Part shown: piece by piece, positions 19,880 through 29,968 of the stretch
Layout of the letters: every line of letters begins with the position of its first letter
Numbering within the stretch: the stretch's first letter is position 1
DNA from: Lachnospiraceae bacterium
GTDB lineage: Bacteria > Bacillota > Clostridia > Lachnospirales > Lachnospiraceae
DNA: 64,000 nt
Assembly: GCA_034172985.1 (NCBI GenBank)
Contig: JAXFDY010000189.1
Location: 10,023 to 74,022, forward strand
Direction of reading: 5' to 3'
Notes under the pieces: model-generated
Told to the model about the DNA's origin: nothing
Database searches by the model: none
The model's input: only the letters and a program-made list of their open reading frames with translations
Program-made: the position numbers and the translations under genes

Positions 19880-21124
19880 TCATGATACCGAAAAGCCTGC
19901 CAGCCTTCCCGTAGACCATGCGATTTGTAAATTAAAGCCTCCTGTCAAAGCATCTACATCCAATACTTCTCCAGCAAAAAACAGCCCTTTCACTTTTTTT
20001 GATTCCATGGTGCCCGGATTTACATCCCGCACATCCACGCCACCTTTTGTAATAATTGCTTCATTAAAGCCTCTTGTTGCTGTGATTGTAATCGGAAAAT
20101 GTTTGATTAAATCCACCAGTTTTTTACGTTCCTCCCTTGTTATCTCATGAACTTTCTTAAACTCATCAATTTCTGATAATCCGATGATTACTTTAATCAT
20201 GCTTTTCGGAAGAAGCTGATCTAGTGAATTTCTAAAATCCTTGTTAATATATTCCTTAAAATCTCTCTGTATCCTCTCATCCAGGGTATTCTCATCAATT
20301 GCCGGTTTTAAATCAATCATGAGTCTGACTTTTTTCCCCTGTTTTAATGGTTCCGTCATAAGGCTGCTTGCACTTAAAATGACCGGACCACTGACACCAA
20401 AATGTGTAAACAGCATCTCGCCAAAATCCGAATGTATCTTTTTTCCTTCCAGATAAAAATCAGCTCTTATATTTTTCAGGGATAATCCCTGTAAATCTTT
20501 CACATATTCTTCCTTTGCAACCAGTGGAACCAAAGCCGGCAAAATTTCTCTGATCCGATGTCCAGACATTTCTGCAAAACGATAGCCATCTCCTGTAGAA
20601 CCCGTGGACTGATAAGAGTATCCTCCTGTTGCAACGATAACACTGCTGCAAAAAAACTCTGTTCCGTCTGAAAGTGCCACACCTTTCACGCACTGTCCTT
20701 CCCCATCTCTGCGAAAAAGAATCTCTTTCACTTCTGTTCTCAGATGAATATGCACCTGATACTTCTTCAGAATTTTAAATAAACCATGAATCACATCCGA
20801 TGATTTGTCTGATATCGGGAATACACGATTTCCCCGTTCTACTTTTGTCTGAACCCCGGCTTCATTCAGCAGATAGATTACATCCTCATTTGTCATAGTA
20901 TATAGGGAACTGTACATAAACTTTGCATTTGTTACAATATTTTTCATGATTTCTTCCAAATCAGCAGCATTTGTAATATTGCATCTTCCCTTACCTGTAA
21001 TATATAATTTTTTTCCCAGTTTTTCATTTTTTTCAAAAATGTGTGTTTCATGTCCACATTCCGCTGCGGATATTGCAGCCATCATACCTGCCGCACCGCC
21101 TCCGATAATTGCTACTTTTCCCAT
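19880..21124 (-). CDS. HI0933/BaiN-family flavoprotein
   Basis: GGGAAG, KLYITGKGRCNITN, ATGGYSY, LFTHFGVSGP, TKGGV, GGFNLQIA. Confidence 0.9.
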   Translation of the reverse strand: MGKVAIIGGGAAGMMAAISAAECGHETHIFEKNEKLGKKLYITGKGRCNITNAADLEEIMKNIVTNAKFMYSSLYTMTNEDVIYLLNEAGVQTKVERGNRVFPISDKSSDVIHGLFKILKKYQVHIHLRTEVKEILFRRDGEGQCVKGVALSDGTEFFCSSVIVATGGYSYQSTGSTGDGYRFAEMSGHRIREILPALVPLVAKEEYVKDLQGLSLKNIRADFYLEGKKIHSDFGEMLFTHFGVSGPVILSASSLMTEPLKQGKKVRLMIDLKPAIDENTLDERIQRDFKEYINKDFRNSLDQLLPKSMIKVIIGLSEIDEFKKVHEITREERKKLVDLIKHFPITITATRGFNEAIITKGGVDVRDVNPGTMESKKVKGLFFAGEVLDVDALTGGFNLQIAWSTGRLAGFSVS

Positions 21125-21133
21125 GCTATCTCT

Positions 21134-22039
21134 TTAATCCTTTTCCTCTGCCATATCAGAATCATTTACCATATTCATCTCATCATTTCCGATGACGGCA
21201 TATTCATTACAAATATCTTCCAGCATTTCTAACCTGTTAATCAGATTTTTCTTACGTTTCGCCATAAGATAAGTCAGTATGGCATTTATAATACTCATTG
21301 GTGCTGCCAAAGATTCTGCTACCGACGTCATTTCACTTTTGGCCAAAAGATTACAGGAAGAATAGAGATTTAACGGAGAGTTACTGTTATCTGTAATCGT
21401 AATTACGCCAACGTTTCTGCTGTTTGCAAATTCCATAGCTTTTAATGTAAGCATGGAATATCTTGGGAAACTGATGCCTATCACACAGTCTTCTTCATTC
21501 ATCCGTAACATTTCCTCGAACAAATCGCTGGAATTTTCAGATGTAACCACAACCACTTCCTCAAGCATCATTTTCAGATAAAATCCCAGATAAGCAGCCA
21601 ATGGAGATGAATTTCTCATAGCGATAATATATACTTTTCTTGCTTCAAGAATCATGTTAGCTGCCACATCAAAAGCATTGTAATCCACATGCTCCAGAGT
21701 ATCCCGGATATTTTCCATATCCTTTTTCATCACCTGTTCCATAACTTCCCGTTTTGATATATTTGCGTTATCTATACTAATCTGTGGAGTTTCATGTATT
21801 CTTTTTCTCACCAGTTCTTCCAGCGCCTTTTGAAATTCCGGGAATCCCTGATAGCCCAAAAGAGAGGCAAAACGTACTACGGTTGATTCGCTGACACCAA
21901 CCTCTCTGCCCATACATGCCGCTGTCATAAAAGCAGCCCTGTCATAGTCCGCCATAACGAACTCTGCCAGTTTTTTCTGTCCTTTACTCATACCGGCAAA
22001 TTTTTCATTTATCTTTTCAAGTAATTCTCCACTATTCAT
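21134..22039 (-). CDS. MurR/RpiR family transcriptional regulator
   Basis: VSESTVVRFASLLGYQGF HTH plus SIS domain (GISFPRYS). Confidence 0.9.
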   Translation of the reverse strand: MNSGELLEKINEKFAGMSKGQKKLAEFVMADYDRAAFMTAACMGREVGVSESTVVRFASLLGYQGFPEFQKALEELVRKRIHETPQISIDNANISKREVMEQVMKKDMENIRDTLEHVDYNAFDVAANMILEARKVYIIAMRNSSPLAAYLGFYLKMMLEEVVVVTSENSSDLFEEMLRMNEEDCVIGISFPRYSMLTLKAMEFANSRNVGVITITDNSNSPLNLYSSCNLLAKSEMTSVAESLAAPMSIINAILTYLMAKRKKNLINRLEMLEDICNEYAVIGNDEMNMVNDSDMAEEKD

Positions 22040-22150
22040 ATCCTTCTGTTACAGATTCCTTTCTAAAAAAACAACGTTGTTATTATAGCACAAATTCTTC
22101 CCTGTCACAAGGAAAAATGTCTGGGCATACTGATTTTATCCTAAAAAAAT

Positions 22151-22192
22151 GGAAAAGCGTTTATTGTCTACTATATCCAACAAACGCTCTCC
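22151..22192 (-). terminator. Intrinsic terminator downstream of the RCC1-like remnant
   Basis: Minus strand GGAGAGCGTTT...AAACGCTTTTCC followed by ATTTTTTT. Confidence 0.6.
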
Positions 22193-22235
22193 CACCTTAA
22201 GGCTTATGTATTTTTAGCAGCCGCTAATCAATTTC

Positions 22236-23120
22236 AGCCAGCTTTTCCGTATATGTCCTGTGCTGATTCTCATCCTCCATATGCGCTCAACACCATCACA
22301 TTGCTCCAATCGTCAAGAACCGACATACGTTCCGCATTACTGATACCATTGTCCAAAGCATAAACAACACTTCCGTCCGATTTCAATCCTGCCACAAAAT
22401 CGAATCCCCAGTCTAAATAAACAATATCGCTCCAGGAAAGAATTTCAGTAGAATAACTGGCTTCTCCTCCTTCACAGGTTTCCGCTACAACGGTACCATC
22501 CTTTTTTAGGCCTAAAACAGTATCACTACCATGATTGAAAACCATGACAATATCATTCCAGCCTTCTATCTCATGACACTCTTCTCCTGCTCATGTGCTT
22601 GCCTTGGTTCCCATAAATCATAGGCACCAGTCCAGATTACTTTTCCTTCATCAGTAACGGCAACAAGCACCTCTCCACTTTGCGTACTTTTGCACGAAAA
22701 ATACGCTATGTTGTAATCCGGCAGAGGTTGTCTGCCGTTGTACCATAACTTTCCGTTGGAATCCAGAATTAAAGCCCCATCCTGATAGCTTTCGATTTGC
22801 ATTTGACGAATAGTAGAAGAAGCCTCACCAGACTCCACACACTTTGCATAATTTCCAAGCATATTCTCGAATGCAGTATTTACGGATCCATAAAGTTTTG
22901 TATCCACTGCATACAGTGAGTAGGAACCGTTGCAGGCAAAACGCATATGATTCTCAATTGCTTCCTCGATTGTCCAGTTAGCTGTCACCGTAGGAACGGA
23001 GTTTAAAGCTTCTTCCTCTTTCTTCTCCTTCTCATTGTAATTCTCCTCTTTGCTGCCGGAATCAGCACTGTTCGTATTTATTTCCTTTCTTTTTTTCTGC
23101 TTAAGACAAATGGAAAAATT
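22236..23120 (-). pseudogene. Broken RCC1/BLIP-II-like beta-propeller repeat gene
   Basis: Two frames (22566-23120 and about 22270-22590) carry repeats VAVTDEGKV, LGLKKDGTV, WSDIV, AGLKSDGSV, DWSNV; frame change near 22590; no ATG/RBS at the 5' end; early stop mid-repeat. Confidence 0.6.
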
Positions 23121-23148
23121 TTATTTCAATAGAAATCTTTTTTGAAAA

Positions 23149-23175
23149 GAATGAGGCTGTCAGTCAGCCTCATTC
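23149..23175 (-). terminator. Intrinsic terminator after the decarboxylase cluster
   Basis: GAATGAGGCTG / CAGCCTCATTC stem followed by TTTT on the minus strand. Confidence 0.75.
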
Positions 23176-23183
23176 CGTATCTT

Positions 23184-24605
23184 TTAAACCGGATATGCTT
23201 TATTCTCTGTATCCGCTGCGTTTAAATCGACTTTTTCTCTCTGAGCTTTTCTGTATTTGAAGAACTCTGTAGCCACCTGTGGGAACAGTGCATAAGATAA
23301 TACATCTTCATCCTGCTCTTTCCATTCAGCCATCTCAGCCTCAATCTTAGAAAGTTCCGGCTCCAGCAAATCTGCTGGTCTGCAGGTAATCGGCTCCTTA
23401 TCTCCAATAACTTTTTTCTGTACTTCTTTATTAAACGGTTTCACAGTCTGTCCATATTCGCCGCTTAACACAGCCTTTGTTTCCTTTGTGGCAATTTTAT
23501 ATCTCTCACCACCAATAACATTCATTACAGCTTGTGTACCAACAATCTGTGAAGAAGGAGTTACAAGAGGCGGTTCACCTAAATCTTTACGAACTCTTGG
23601 GATTTCTTCCAGTACTTCTTCATACTTATCTTCCGCATGCATCTCTGATAACTGAGATACCATGTTCGATAACATACCTCCAGGTACCTGGTAAAGCAGA
23701 GTCTTGATATTTACACCTAATACCTTTGGATTTAATAATCCGGACTTTAATGCTTCCTCTCTCATTGGGCGGAAGTAATCAGCGATTTCAGCAAGAAGCT
23801 GCTGGTCAAGACCTGTATCATATGGTGTACCCTTAAATGTTTCTACCATAACTTCTGTAGCCGGCTGGCTGGTACCAAGAGCAAATGGTGACATTGCTGT
23901 ATCAATCACATCCACCCCTGCCTCTACTGCTTTTAAGTAAGTCATAGAAGCTACACCGGAAGTATAATGTGTATGAAGCTGAATCGGAATACTAACTGTA
24001 TCCTTCAAAGTTCCAATCAGTTCTGTTGCCTTATATGGAAGTAACAGACCTGCCATATCCTTAAAGCAGATAGAGTCTGCTCCCATATCTTCAATTCTCT
24101 TGGCAATATCCTTCCAGTACTCTAAAGTATATGCGTCTCCTAATGTATAAGATAATGCAATCTGTGCATGTGCGTTTGGATTTTCATGCTTTACGACTTT
24201 TACAGATTTTACCGCACATTCCAGATTTCTTAAATCATTTAAACAATCGAAAATACGGATAATGTCCATTCCGTTTGCAATGGATTTCTGTACAAAATAT
24301 TCTACCACGTCATCTGCATAATGACGGTATCCAAGAATATTCTGTCCTCTGAAAAGCATCTGCAGTTTTGTATTTTTAAATCCGTCACGGAGTTTTCTAA
24401 GTCTCTCCCATGGATCTTCTTTTAAGAATCTAAGTGAAGCATCAAATGTGGCACCGCCCCAGCATTCTACGGAATGATATCCAACCTTGTCCATCTTATC
24501 GACAATTGGAAGCATCTGTTCCGTTGTCATTCTTGTGGCAATCAGCGACTGATGAGCATCACGCAAGACAGTTTCTGTAATTTTAACCGGTTTTTTTTCT
24601 GCCAT
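23184..24605 (-). CDS. oadA: Oxaloacetate decarboxylase alpha / pyruvate carboxylase B / transcarboxylase 5S-type carboxyltransferase, no fused biotin domain
   Basis: LRDAHQSLIATR, ECWGGATFD, FKDMAG, LHTH, QVPGGMLSN, PPLVTPSSQIVG. Confidence 0.88.
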   Translation of the reverse strand: MAEKKPVKITETVLRDAHQSLIATRMTTEQMLPIVDKMDKVGYHSVECWGGATFDASLRFLKEDPWERLRKLRDGFKNTKLQMLFRGQNILGYRHYADDVVEYFVQKSIANGMDIIRIFDCLNDLRNLECAVKSVKVVKHENPNAHAQIALSYTLGDAYTLEYWKDIAKRIEDMGADSICFKDMAGLLLPYKATELIGTLKDTVSIPIQLHTHYTSGVASMTYLKAVEAGVDVIDTAMSPFALGTSQPATEVMVETFKGTPYDTGLDQQLLAEIADYFRPMREEALKSGLLNPKVLGVNIKTLLYQVPGGMLSNMVSQLSEMHAEDKYEEVLEEIPRVRKDLGEPPLVTPSSQIVGTQAVMNVIGGERYKIATKETKAVLSGEYGQTVKPFNKEVQKKVIGDKEPITCRPADLLEPELSKIEAEMAEWKEQDEDVLSYALFPQVATEFFKYRKAQREKVDLNAADTENKAYPV

Positions 24606-24644
24606 TTCTTATTACCTCGTTTCCTTTCATATAATATTCTATTC

Positions 24645-25790
24645 CTACAGTAAGATTGCCATAAATGTTCCGGCTGCTACTGCTGTACCGATAACACCTG
24701 CAACATTCGGTCCCATGGCATGCATAAGCAGGAAATTCGTAGGATCTGCCTCCGCGCCAACCTTCTGTGAAACTCTGGCTGCCATAGGCACTGCAGATAC
24801 TCCGGCTGAACCAATCAGTGGATTAATCTTTCCACCGGATAACCTGCACATAATCTTTCCGATGATTACACCTGCAGCCGTACCACATGCAAATGCAATC
24901 AGACCCAATGCAACAATTTTCAAAGTACTCCAATTCAGGAATGCCTCTGCACTTGTACTTGCACCAACTGAAGTACCAAGTAAAATAACTACAATATACA
25001 TCAATGCATTTGATGCCGTCTCTGCCAGCTGTTTTACAACACCTGATTCACGGAACAAATTACCCAGCATCAGCATACCTACTAGAGGGGCTGTGGTAGG
25101 AAGAATCATAACTACTACGATAGTAACAATGATTGGGAACAGAATTTTCTCAAGCTTTGTAACCGGACGAAGCTGTTCCATCTTGATTTTTCTTTCCTTC
25201 TCAGTCGTGAGCAATTTCATAATCGGCGGCTGGATAATCGGCACCAGTGACATATAAGAATATGCTGCCACCGCAATTGGTCCCATCAAATCTGTCTGTC
25301 CCAGTTTACCGGCAAGGAAAATGGATGTAGGTCCATCAGCTCCACCGATAATGGAAATCGCTGCTGCCGCTTTATCATTGAATCCCATTGCAATTGCACC
25401 AAAATACGCAATATAAATACCAAACTGGGCTGCTGCTCCCATAAGGAAGCTCTTTGGATTTGCAATCAACGGTCCAAAGTCTGTCAGAGCACCTACTCCC
25501 AGGAAAATCAGGGAAGGTAAAATACTCCACTCATCTAAAATATAGAAATAATGCAACAAACCACCTACACCATTGGATGTCTCTTCCGGTGTTGCCATAA
25601 TGTCCGGATAAATATTTACAAGTAACATTCCGAACGCAATAGGCACAAGCAACAGTGGTTCATAACCTTTTTTAATTGCCAAATACAGGAAAATGCACGC
25701 TACCAGAATCATAACATAATTGCCCCAGGTAAGGCCAAAAAATGCTGACTGATGAATCAAATTTCCCATAACGTCTAAAACGTATTCCAT
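24645..25790 (-). CDS. oadB: Na+-translocating decarboxylase beta subunit
   Basis: [57 protein letters not shown]. Confidence 0.93.
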   Translation of the reverse strand: MEYVLDVMGNLIHQSAFFGLTWGNYVMILVACIFLYLAIKKGYEPLLLVPIAFGMLLVNIYPDIMATPEETSNGVGGLLHYFYILDEWSILPSLIFLGVGALTDFGPLIANPKSFLMGAAAQFGIYIAYFGAIAMGFNDKAAAAISIIGGADGPTSIFLAGKLGQTDLMGPIAVAAYSYMSLVPIIQPPIMKLLTTEKERKIKMEQLRPVTKLEKILFPIIVTIVVVMILPTTAPLVGMLMLGNLFRESGVVKQLAETASNALMYIVVILLGTSVGASTSAEAFLNWSTLKIVALGLIAFACGTAAGVIIGKIMCRLSGGKINPLIGSAGVSAVPMAARVSQKVGAEADPTNFLLMHAMGPNVAGVIGTAVAAGTFMAILL

Positions 25791-25841
25791 GTCGAAACCT
25801 CCTTTAAAATATTTGTAAAACTTCTTTGACCGGTCTTACAA

Positions 25842-26204
25842 TTAGTTTAAAGTAGCTAACACTGCTCCGGCTTCTACAGATGAGCCTTCTGCTGCATCAA
25901 TACTTGCAATTGTACCATCCTGTGGAGCAACAATTTCGTTTTCCATCTTCATTGCTTCAAGAACCATGATTACCTGACCTTTTGTTACTGCTGTACCAAC
26001 CGGAGCCTTCACTGAAAGAACTTTTCCAGGCATTGGTGCATTTACCTTAACTGCTCCCTGACCACCTGCTGCCGGTGCTGCCGGTGCTGCTTTTGGTGTT
26101 GCCGGTGCTGCCTTTGGTGCAACCGGTGCTGATGGTGCAGAACCTGTCTCTTCTACTGTTACGTCATATACATTTCCATTTACTGTGATTCTATAATTCT
26201 TCAT
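25842..26204 (-). CDS. Biotin carboxyl carrier protein
   Basis: EAMKM biotinylation motif; Ala/Pro-rich linker. Confidence 0.93.
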   Translation of the reverse strand: MKNYRITVNGNVYDVTVEETGSAPSAPVAPKAAPATPKAAPAAPAAGGQGAVKVNAPMPGKVLSVKAPVGTAVTKGQVIMVLEAMKMENEIVAPQDGTIASIDAAEGSSVEAGAVLATLN

Positions 26205-26222
26205 AATTAACCAATATCCTTT

Positions 26223-27008
26223 CTAATCGAATTTTCTCTTTGATTTGCGAATTGATCTTACAACAAATCCGTCCGATGAAGTACCTGTCGCAGCACAAAT
26301 TGCCGCCGTGATAACTGCTACTAGTTCTGAGTCATCTGCAAGCTCTTCTTTTTCCTCAATCTGTGAAGTTACATTTTCAACAGAAGCAATCACCTCTGTG
26401 CCTGATGCCTTTCTCTTTGCCATTTTTTCTTCCAGCATCGGAATATACTTAAATAAAGAAATAATAAATGAAATCAAAATCAGAATTGCAAATACGGTAA
26501 TCAATCCTATGATTGTATTTAAACCGGCATCTGCAAGTTTTTCACCCAATGACTTAGGATGATTTTCCTCAGTGGAAAATGTGATATCTGTCGGAGTAAT
26601 CTGTCCCCCTATATACATATAAGTCACTTTCATCTTAAGATTTACATTTTCAAACTCACCGGTACATACAACGTTATATCCTTTTTTTGTTTCTTTTACT
26701 TCTGTATCCTTCAGCTCTACAAAATCACCTAACGTATCATTTTCCAGATAAGTATAGTAACTTGCTGCTGCTACCTGAAGATATCCGGTCGCATTTTCTT
26801 TATAGTATTCTGCATCATCCAATGTCATAGATGCAAATGCTGACATATATGACTGTGCACTCTGCTTTACAGTGTCTTCTTCTGAAGCAGTCTGTGTCAG
26901 CTGGGAATAATAATCTGAAGCATCATCTGCATAAACGGCTGATGCTGAAAAGGCAAGTATCATGCAGAAGGCAATTAAAAACTTTTTCATTTTTTTCACA
27001 ATCGCCAC
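26223..27008 (-). CDS. OadG/MmdD-like small subunit with signal peptide and large N-terminal extracytoplasmic extension
   Basis: C-terminal GLITVFAILILISFII TM plus ELVAVITAAI OadG motif; N-terminal KKMKKFLIAFCMILAFSASAVYA signal. Confidence 0.8.
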   Translation of the reverse strand: MAIVKKMKKFLIAFCMILAFSASAVYADDASDYYSQLTQTASEEDTVKQSAQSYMSAFASMTLDDAEYYKENATGYLQVAAASYYTYLENDTLGDFVELKDTEVKETKKGYNVVCTGEFENVNLKMKVTYMYIGGQITPTDITFSTEENHPKSLGEKLADAGLNTIIGLITVFAILILISFIISLFKYIPMLEEKMAKRKASGTEVIASVENVTSQIEEKEELADDSELVAVITAAICAATGTSSDGFVVRSIRKSKRKFD

Positions 27009-27011
27009 CTC

Positions 27012-28463
27012 CTATACTGTTCCATGCTTCTTATATAAATTTTCCTCTTTCTTGGTATACAGCATTTCAAACGCGCCGATTACATACTTTCTTGTATCTG
27101 CCGGCTCAATAATACTGTCTACATAACCTCTTTTAGCAGCAGATGTTGCGCTTTCCTGTAACGCTGCATATTCTGCCTTTTTCTCATTGATGAATGCAAC
27201 AGAATCCTCTGCCTTTTTGATTTCATCTGCATAAATAATGCGTACTGCCGCATCCGGATCCATTGTTCCAATCTTTGCATTTGGCCATGCATATACAATG
27301 TCAGCTCCACATGCTTTACTGTTCATTACATTATAAGCACTTCCCATAGCTTCTCCCAGTACCACATTTACCTTTGGAACCGTTGCGCTGGCATAAGCAT
27401 ATGTAAGTTTTGCTGCAGCCTTTGCAATCGTCTTTTCTTCTTCCACTGTGGCGGTAAATCCTGATGCATTTGTCAGAGTAAGAACAGGAATATTGAACGC
27501 ATCACAAAAAGCTACAAATTTCGCTGCTTTTTCGCATCCTGCAGTTGTAAGCACGTTTTTATATTCTGACTTTTTGTTCATTTCGTCATCATAAACAACG
27601 GTACGATTTGCCACTGCACCAACCGTCATTCCATTCAATTTCATAAATCCTGTGACCATATCCTGTGCATACTGCTTCTTTACTTCCATAAACATGCCTG
27701 AATCGGCAAGATTCGAAAGGGCGATTGAAGTATCTTCTGCGCAATTTGCCAAATCTTCACAAACTCTATTTAAATCATCACTGCAGTCGCTTTCCGCAAA
27801 GTCATCGTTATTCAGCGGAAGAACAGAAACTAATTGTCTAAGTTCTGCTAACACTTCTTCCTCTGTGCCGATAAAGTCAGCTACACCTGATACAGATGCC
27901 TGATACTCCGCACTGGCAGTATCACATTTCTCTGTTCTGTTTCCATCCAGAGTATTTGGTGTATTAATAAACAATTTTCCATCATCTGCCATAAATGTAA
28001 AATCAGAAAGTGCAGCAGAGATACCCATACTGCCTCCACAAGTTCCAAATACTGCGGTGATCTGCGGTACAACACCCGATGCAGAAGCCTGCTTTGCATA
28101 AATTTCACCGACAGCATTTAATGCATCTGTCGCTTCTTCCAGTCTCAATCCGGCACAGTCTACAAGTGCAATCACTGGTGCACCCATCTTTACTGCCATA
28201 TCATAAATTCTGGAAATTTTCTTTGCATGCATTTCACCAATCGTTCCACCCAGTACTGATGCATCCTGACTGTAAACGTACACCAGACTATCGTCGATTA
28301 CACCATATCCCGTAATGACTCCGTCTGATGCGGAAGCATTATCCTGTAAATTAAAATCAGTGTTTCTGGCTGTTACTAAACCGCCAATTTCGACAAAGCT
28401 GTTTTCGTCAACTAAAGCATTGATTCTTGCCATTGCTGACTCTTTTGCCAAATTACTCATCAT
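27012..28463 (-). CDS. Acyl-CoA carboxyltransferase (MmdA/PccB/transcarboxylase 12S family)
   Basis: RINALVDENSFVE, DGVITGYG, SQDASVLGGT, FCDAFNIP, IIEPADTR. Confidence 0.85.
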   Translation of the reverse strand: MMSNLAKESAMARINALVDENSFVEIGGLVTARNTDFNLQDNASASDGVITGYGVIDDSLVYVYSQDASVLGGTIGEMHAKKISRIYDMAVKMGAPVIALVDCAGLRLEEATDALNAVGEIYAKQASASGVVPQITAVFGTCGGSMGISAALSDFTFMADDGKLFINTPNTLDGNRTEKCDTASAEYQASVSGVADFIGTEEEVLAELRQLVSVLPLNNDDFAESDCSDDLNRVCEDLANCAEDTSIALSNLADSGMFMEVKKQYAQDMVTGFMKLNGMTVGAVANRTVVYDDEMNKKSEYKNVLTTAGCEKAAKFVAFCDAFNIPVLTLTNASGFTATVEEEKTIAKAAAKLTYAYASATVPKVNVVLGEAMGSAYNVMNSKACGADIVYAWPNAKIGTMDPDAAVRIIYADEIKKAEDSVAFINEKKAEYAALQESATSAAKRGYVDSIIEPADTRKYVIGAFEMLYTKKEENLYKKHGTV

Positions 28464-28672
28464 TCAGCCCTCCATTTAATATATTTTTAAGCAGACTATG
28501 CTTACCATAAAATTATTGTTCATATTCCGATGAATATTCACATACATTTAATATAAAGTAATATTCAAAATTTCTGCCGATTTTAATTTTATATCTAAAA
28601 TAGAAAATTGGCAAGCTGTTTTTTGTGCAATTTTACATAAAATTACATATTTTTTTGTGAGGTAATACCCAA

Positions 28673-29923
28673 ATGTCTATTCTAAAACCATTTGCGTTTT
28701 CATCATTTATTCTAATACTGTCTCTGATTTTTTATCCCTGTCATTCGATTCAGGGAGATGAACTGCAGCCGGAAGAACTGCACTCACTGTCTGCTTGTCT
28801 GATGGATGCAGACAGTGGCCGTATTCTCTATGAAAAAGAAGGCGATGTTTCCCGGCCCAACGCCAGTACAACCAAGATTCTCACCTGTATCCTTGCATTG
28901 GAATATGGTAGTCCCGATGATATGGTCACAATCAGCAAATATGCTGCTTCTATGCCGGACGTCCAGCTAAATGTACAGGAAGGAGAGCAGTACCGCCTAG
29001 GGGATCTTCTGTATTCATTAATGTTAGAGTCCCACAACGATTCAGCAGTAGCTATCGCTGAACATATTGGCGGTGATGTAAAAACATTTGCAGCCATGAT
29101 GAATGAGAAAGCTTTAGAGCTCGGATGTTATAACAGTCATTTTATCACCCCGAATGGTCTGGATGCTTCGGAAACCATTGACGGAACAGAATATATTCAC
29201 TGCACAACTGCTTCCGACCTATGCCGTATTATGGCATATTGTATACAAAACGAAGACTTTCTGAAAATTACGCAAACCCCATCCTATAGTTTTACCAACT
29301 ATGTGACAGGAGATGACGGAAATATCGTGCCGGGCAGCAAAACATATTCTGTACAGAACAAAAACGCCTTTCTTACTATGATGGATGGAGTTCTGTCCGG
29401 AAAGACAGGTTTCACTGGAAAAGCCGGATACTGCTATGTCACTGCTCTCAGACAAGATGACAGAACTTATACTGTGGCTCTTTTAGGATGCGGCTGGCCA
29501 AACAATAAAACTTATAAATGGCAGGATGCAAAGCTTCTTCTTAACTATGGTCTTGAGCATTATACTAAAAATGATGTATTTGAATATAATAAGGTTCTCC
29601 CTTCTCTTACCGTATCCCAGGGCATCTACGATGCTTCTCTTCAATCCGGCATTCATGCAGACAAAACACCATCGGTATCACTTTCCTACCATTCCTCTCC
29701 TCTGGTTCTTCTCACGCGAAAAGAAGATACAGTTCAGGTAGACTATGATTTTCCTTCCAGTCTGCAGGCACCGGTACATAAAGGCGATGTGGTAGGCACG
29801 ATCACTTATACTTTAAATGAAGAAGTAATTCTGAAAACCAATATTTATGCAGATAAGAGTATTGAAAAATTCGACTTTCCCTTCTGTCTCAAAGCTATTG
29901 TACATCGCTTCTTCCTGTTTTGA
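28673..29923 (+). CDS. D-alanyl-D-alanine carboxypeptidase (S11, DacB-like)
   Basis: ASTTK (SxxK), ESHND (SxN), GKTG; signal peptide. Confidence 0.9.
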   Translation: MSILKPFAFSSFILILSLIFYPCHSIQGDELQPEELHSLSACLMDADSGRILYEKEGDVSRPNASTTKILTCILALEYGSPDDMVTISKYAASMPDVQLNVQEGEQYRLGDLLYSLMLESHNDSAVAIAEHIGGDVKTFAAMMNEKALELGCYNSHFITPNGLDASETIDGTEYIHCTTASDLCRIMAYCIQNEDFLKITQTPSYSFTNYVTGDDGNIVPGSKTYSVQNKNAFLTMMDGVLSGKTGFTGKAGYCYVTALRQDDRTYTVALLGCGWPNNKTYKWQDAKLLLNYGLEHYTKNDVFEYNKVLPSLTVSQGIYDASLQSGIHADKTPSVSLSYHSSPLVLLTRKEDTVQVDYDFPSSLQAPVHKGDVVGTITYTLNEEVILKTNIYADKSIEKFDFPFCLKAIVHRFFLF

Positions 29924-29932
29924 TCATTCCTG

Positions 29933-29967
29933 AAAAAAGACCGGTGCAAAGCGCATCGGTCCTTTTT
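29933..29967. terminator. Bidirectional intrinsic terminator
   Basis: AAAAAAGACCGGTGC-AAAGC-GCATCGGTCCTTTTT between convergent genes. Confidence 0.7.
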
Positions 29968-29968
29968 C

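Noticed and set aside
19880-21124. Bile-acid (bai) function of the HI0933/BaiN-family gene
   Set aside because: The family is ubiquitous next to cmk; no bai operon genes in the window.
24715-25257. 180-aa + strand ORF
   Set aside because: Antisense shadow of the conserved beta subunit gene.
26060-26140. GCCGGTGCT-type short tandem repeats
   Set aside because: They encode the normal Ala/Pro linker of the biotin carrier; not a CRISPR or VNTR.
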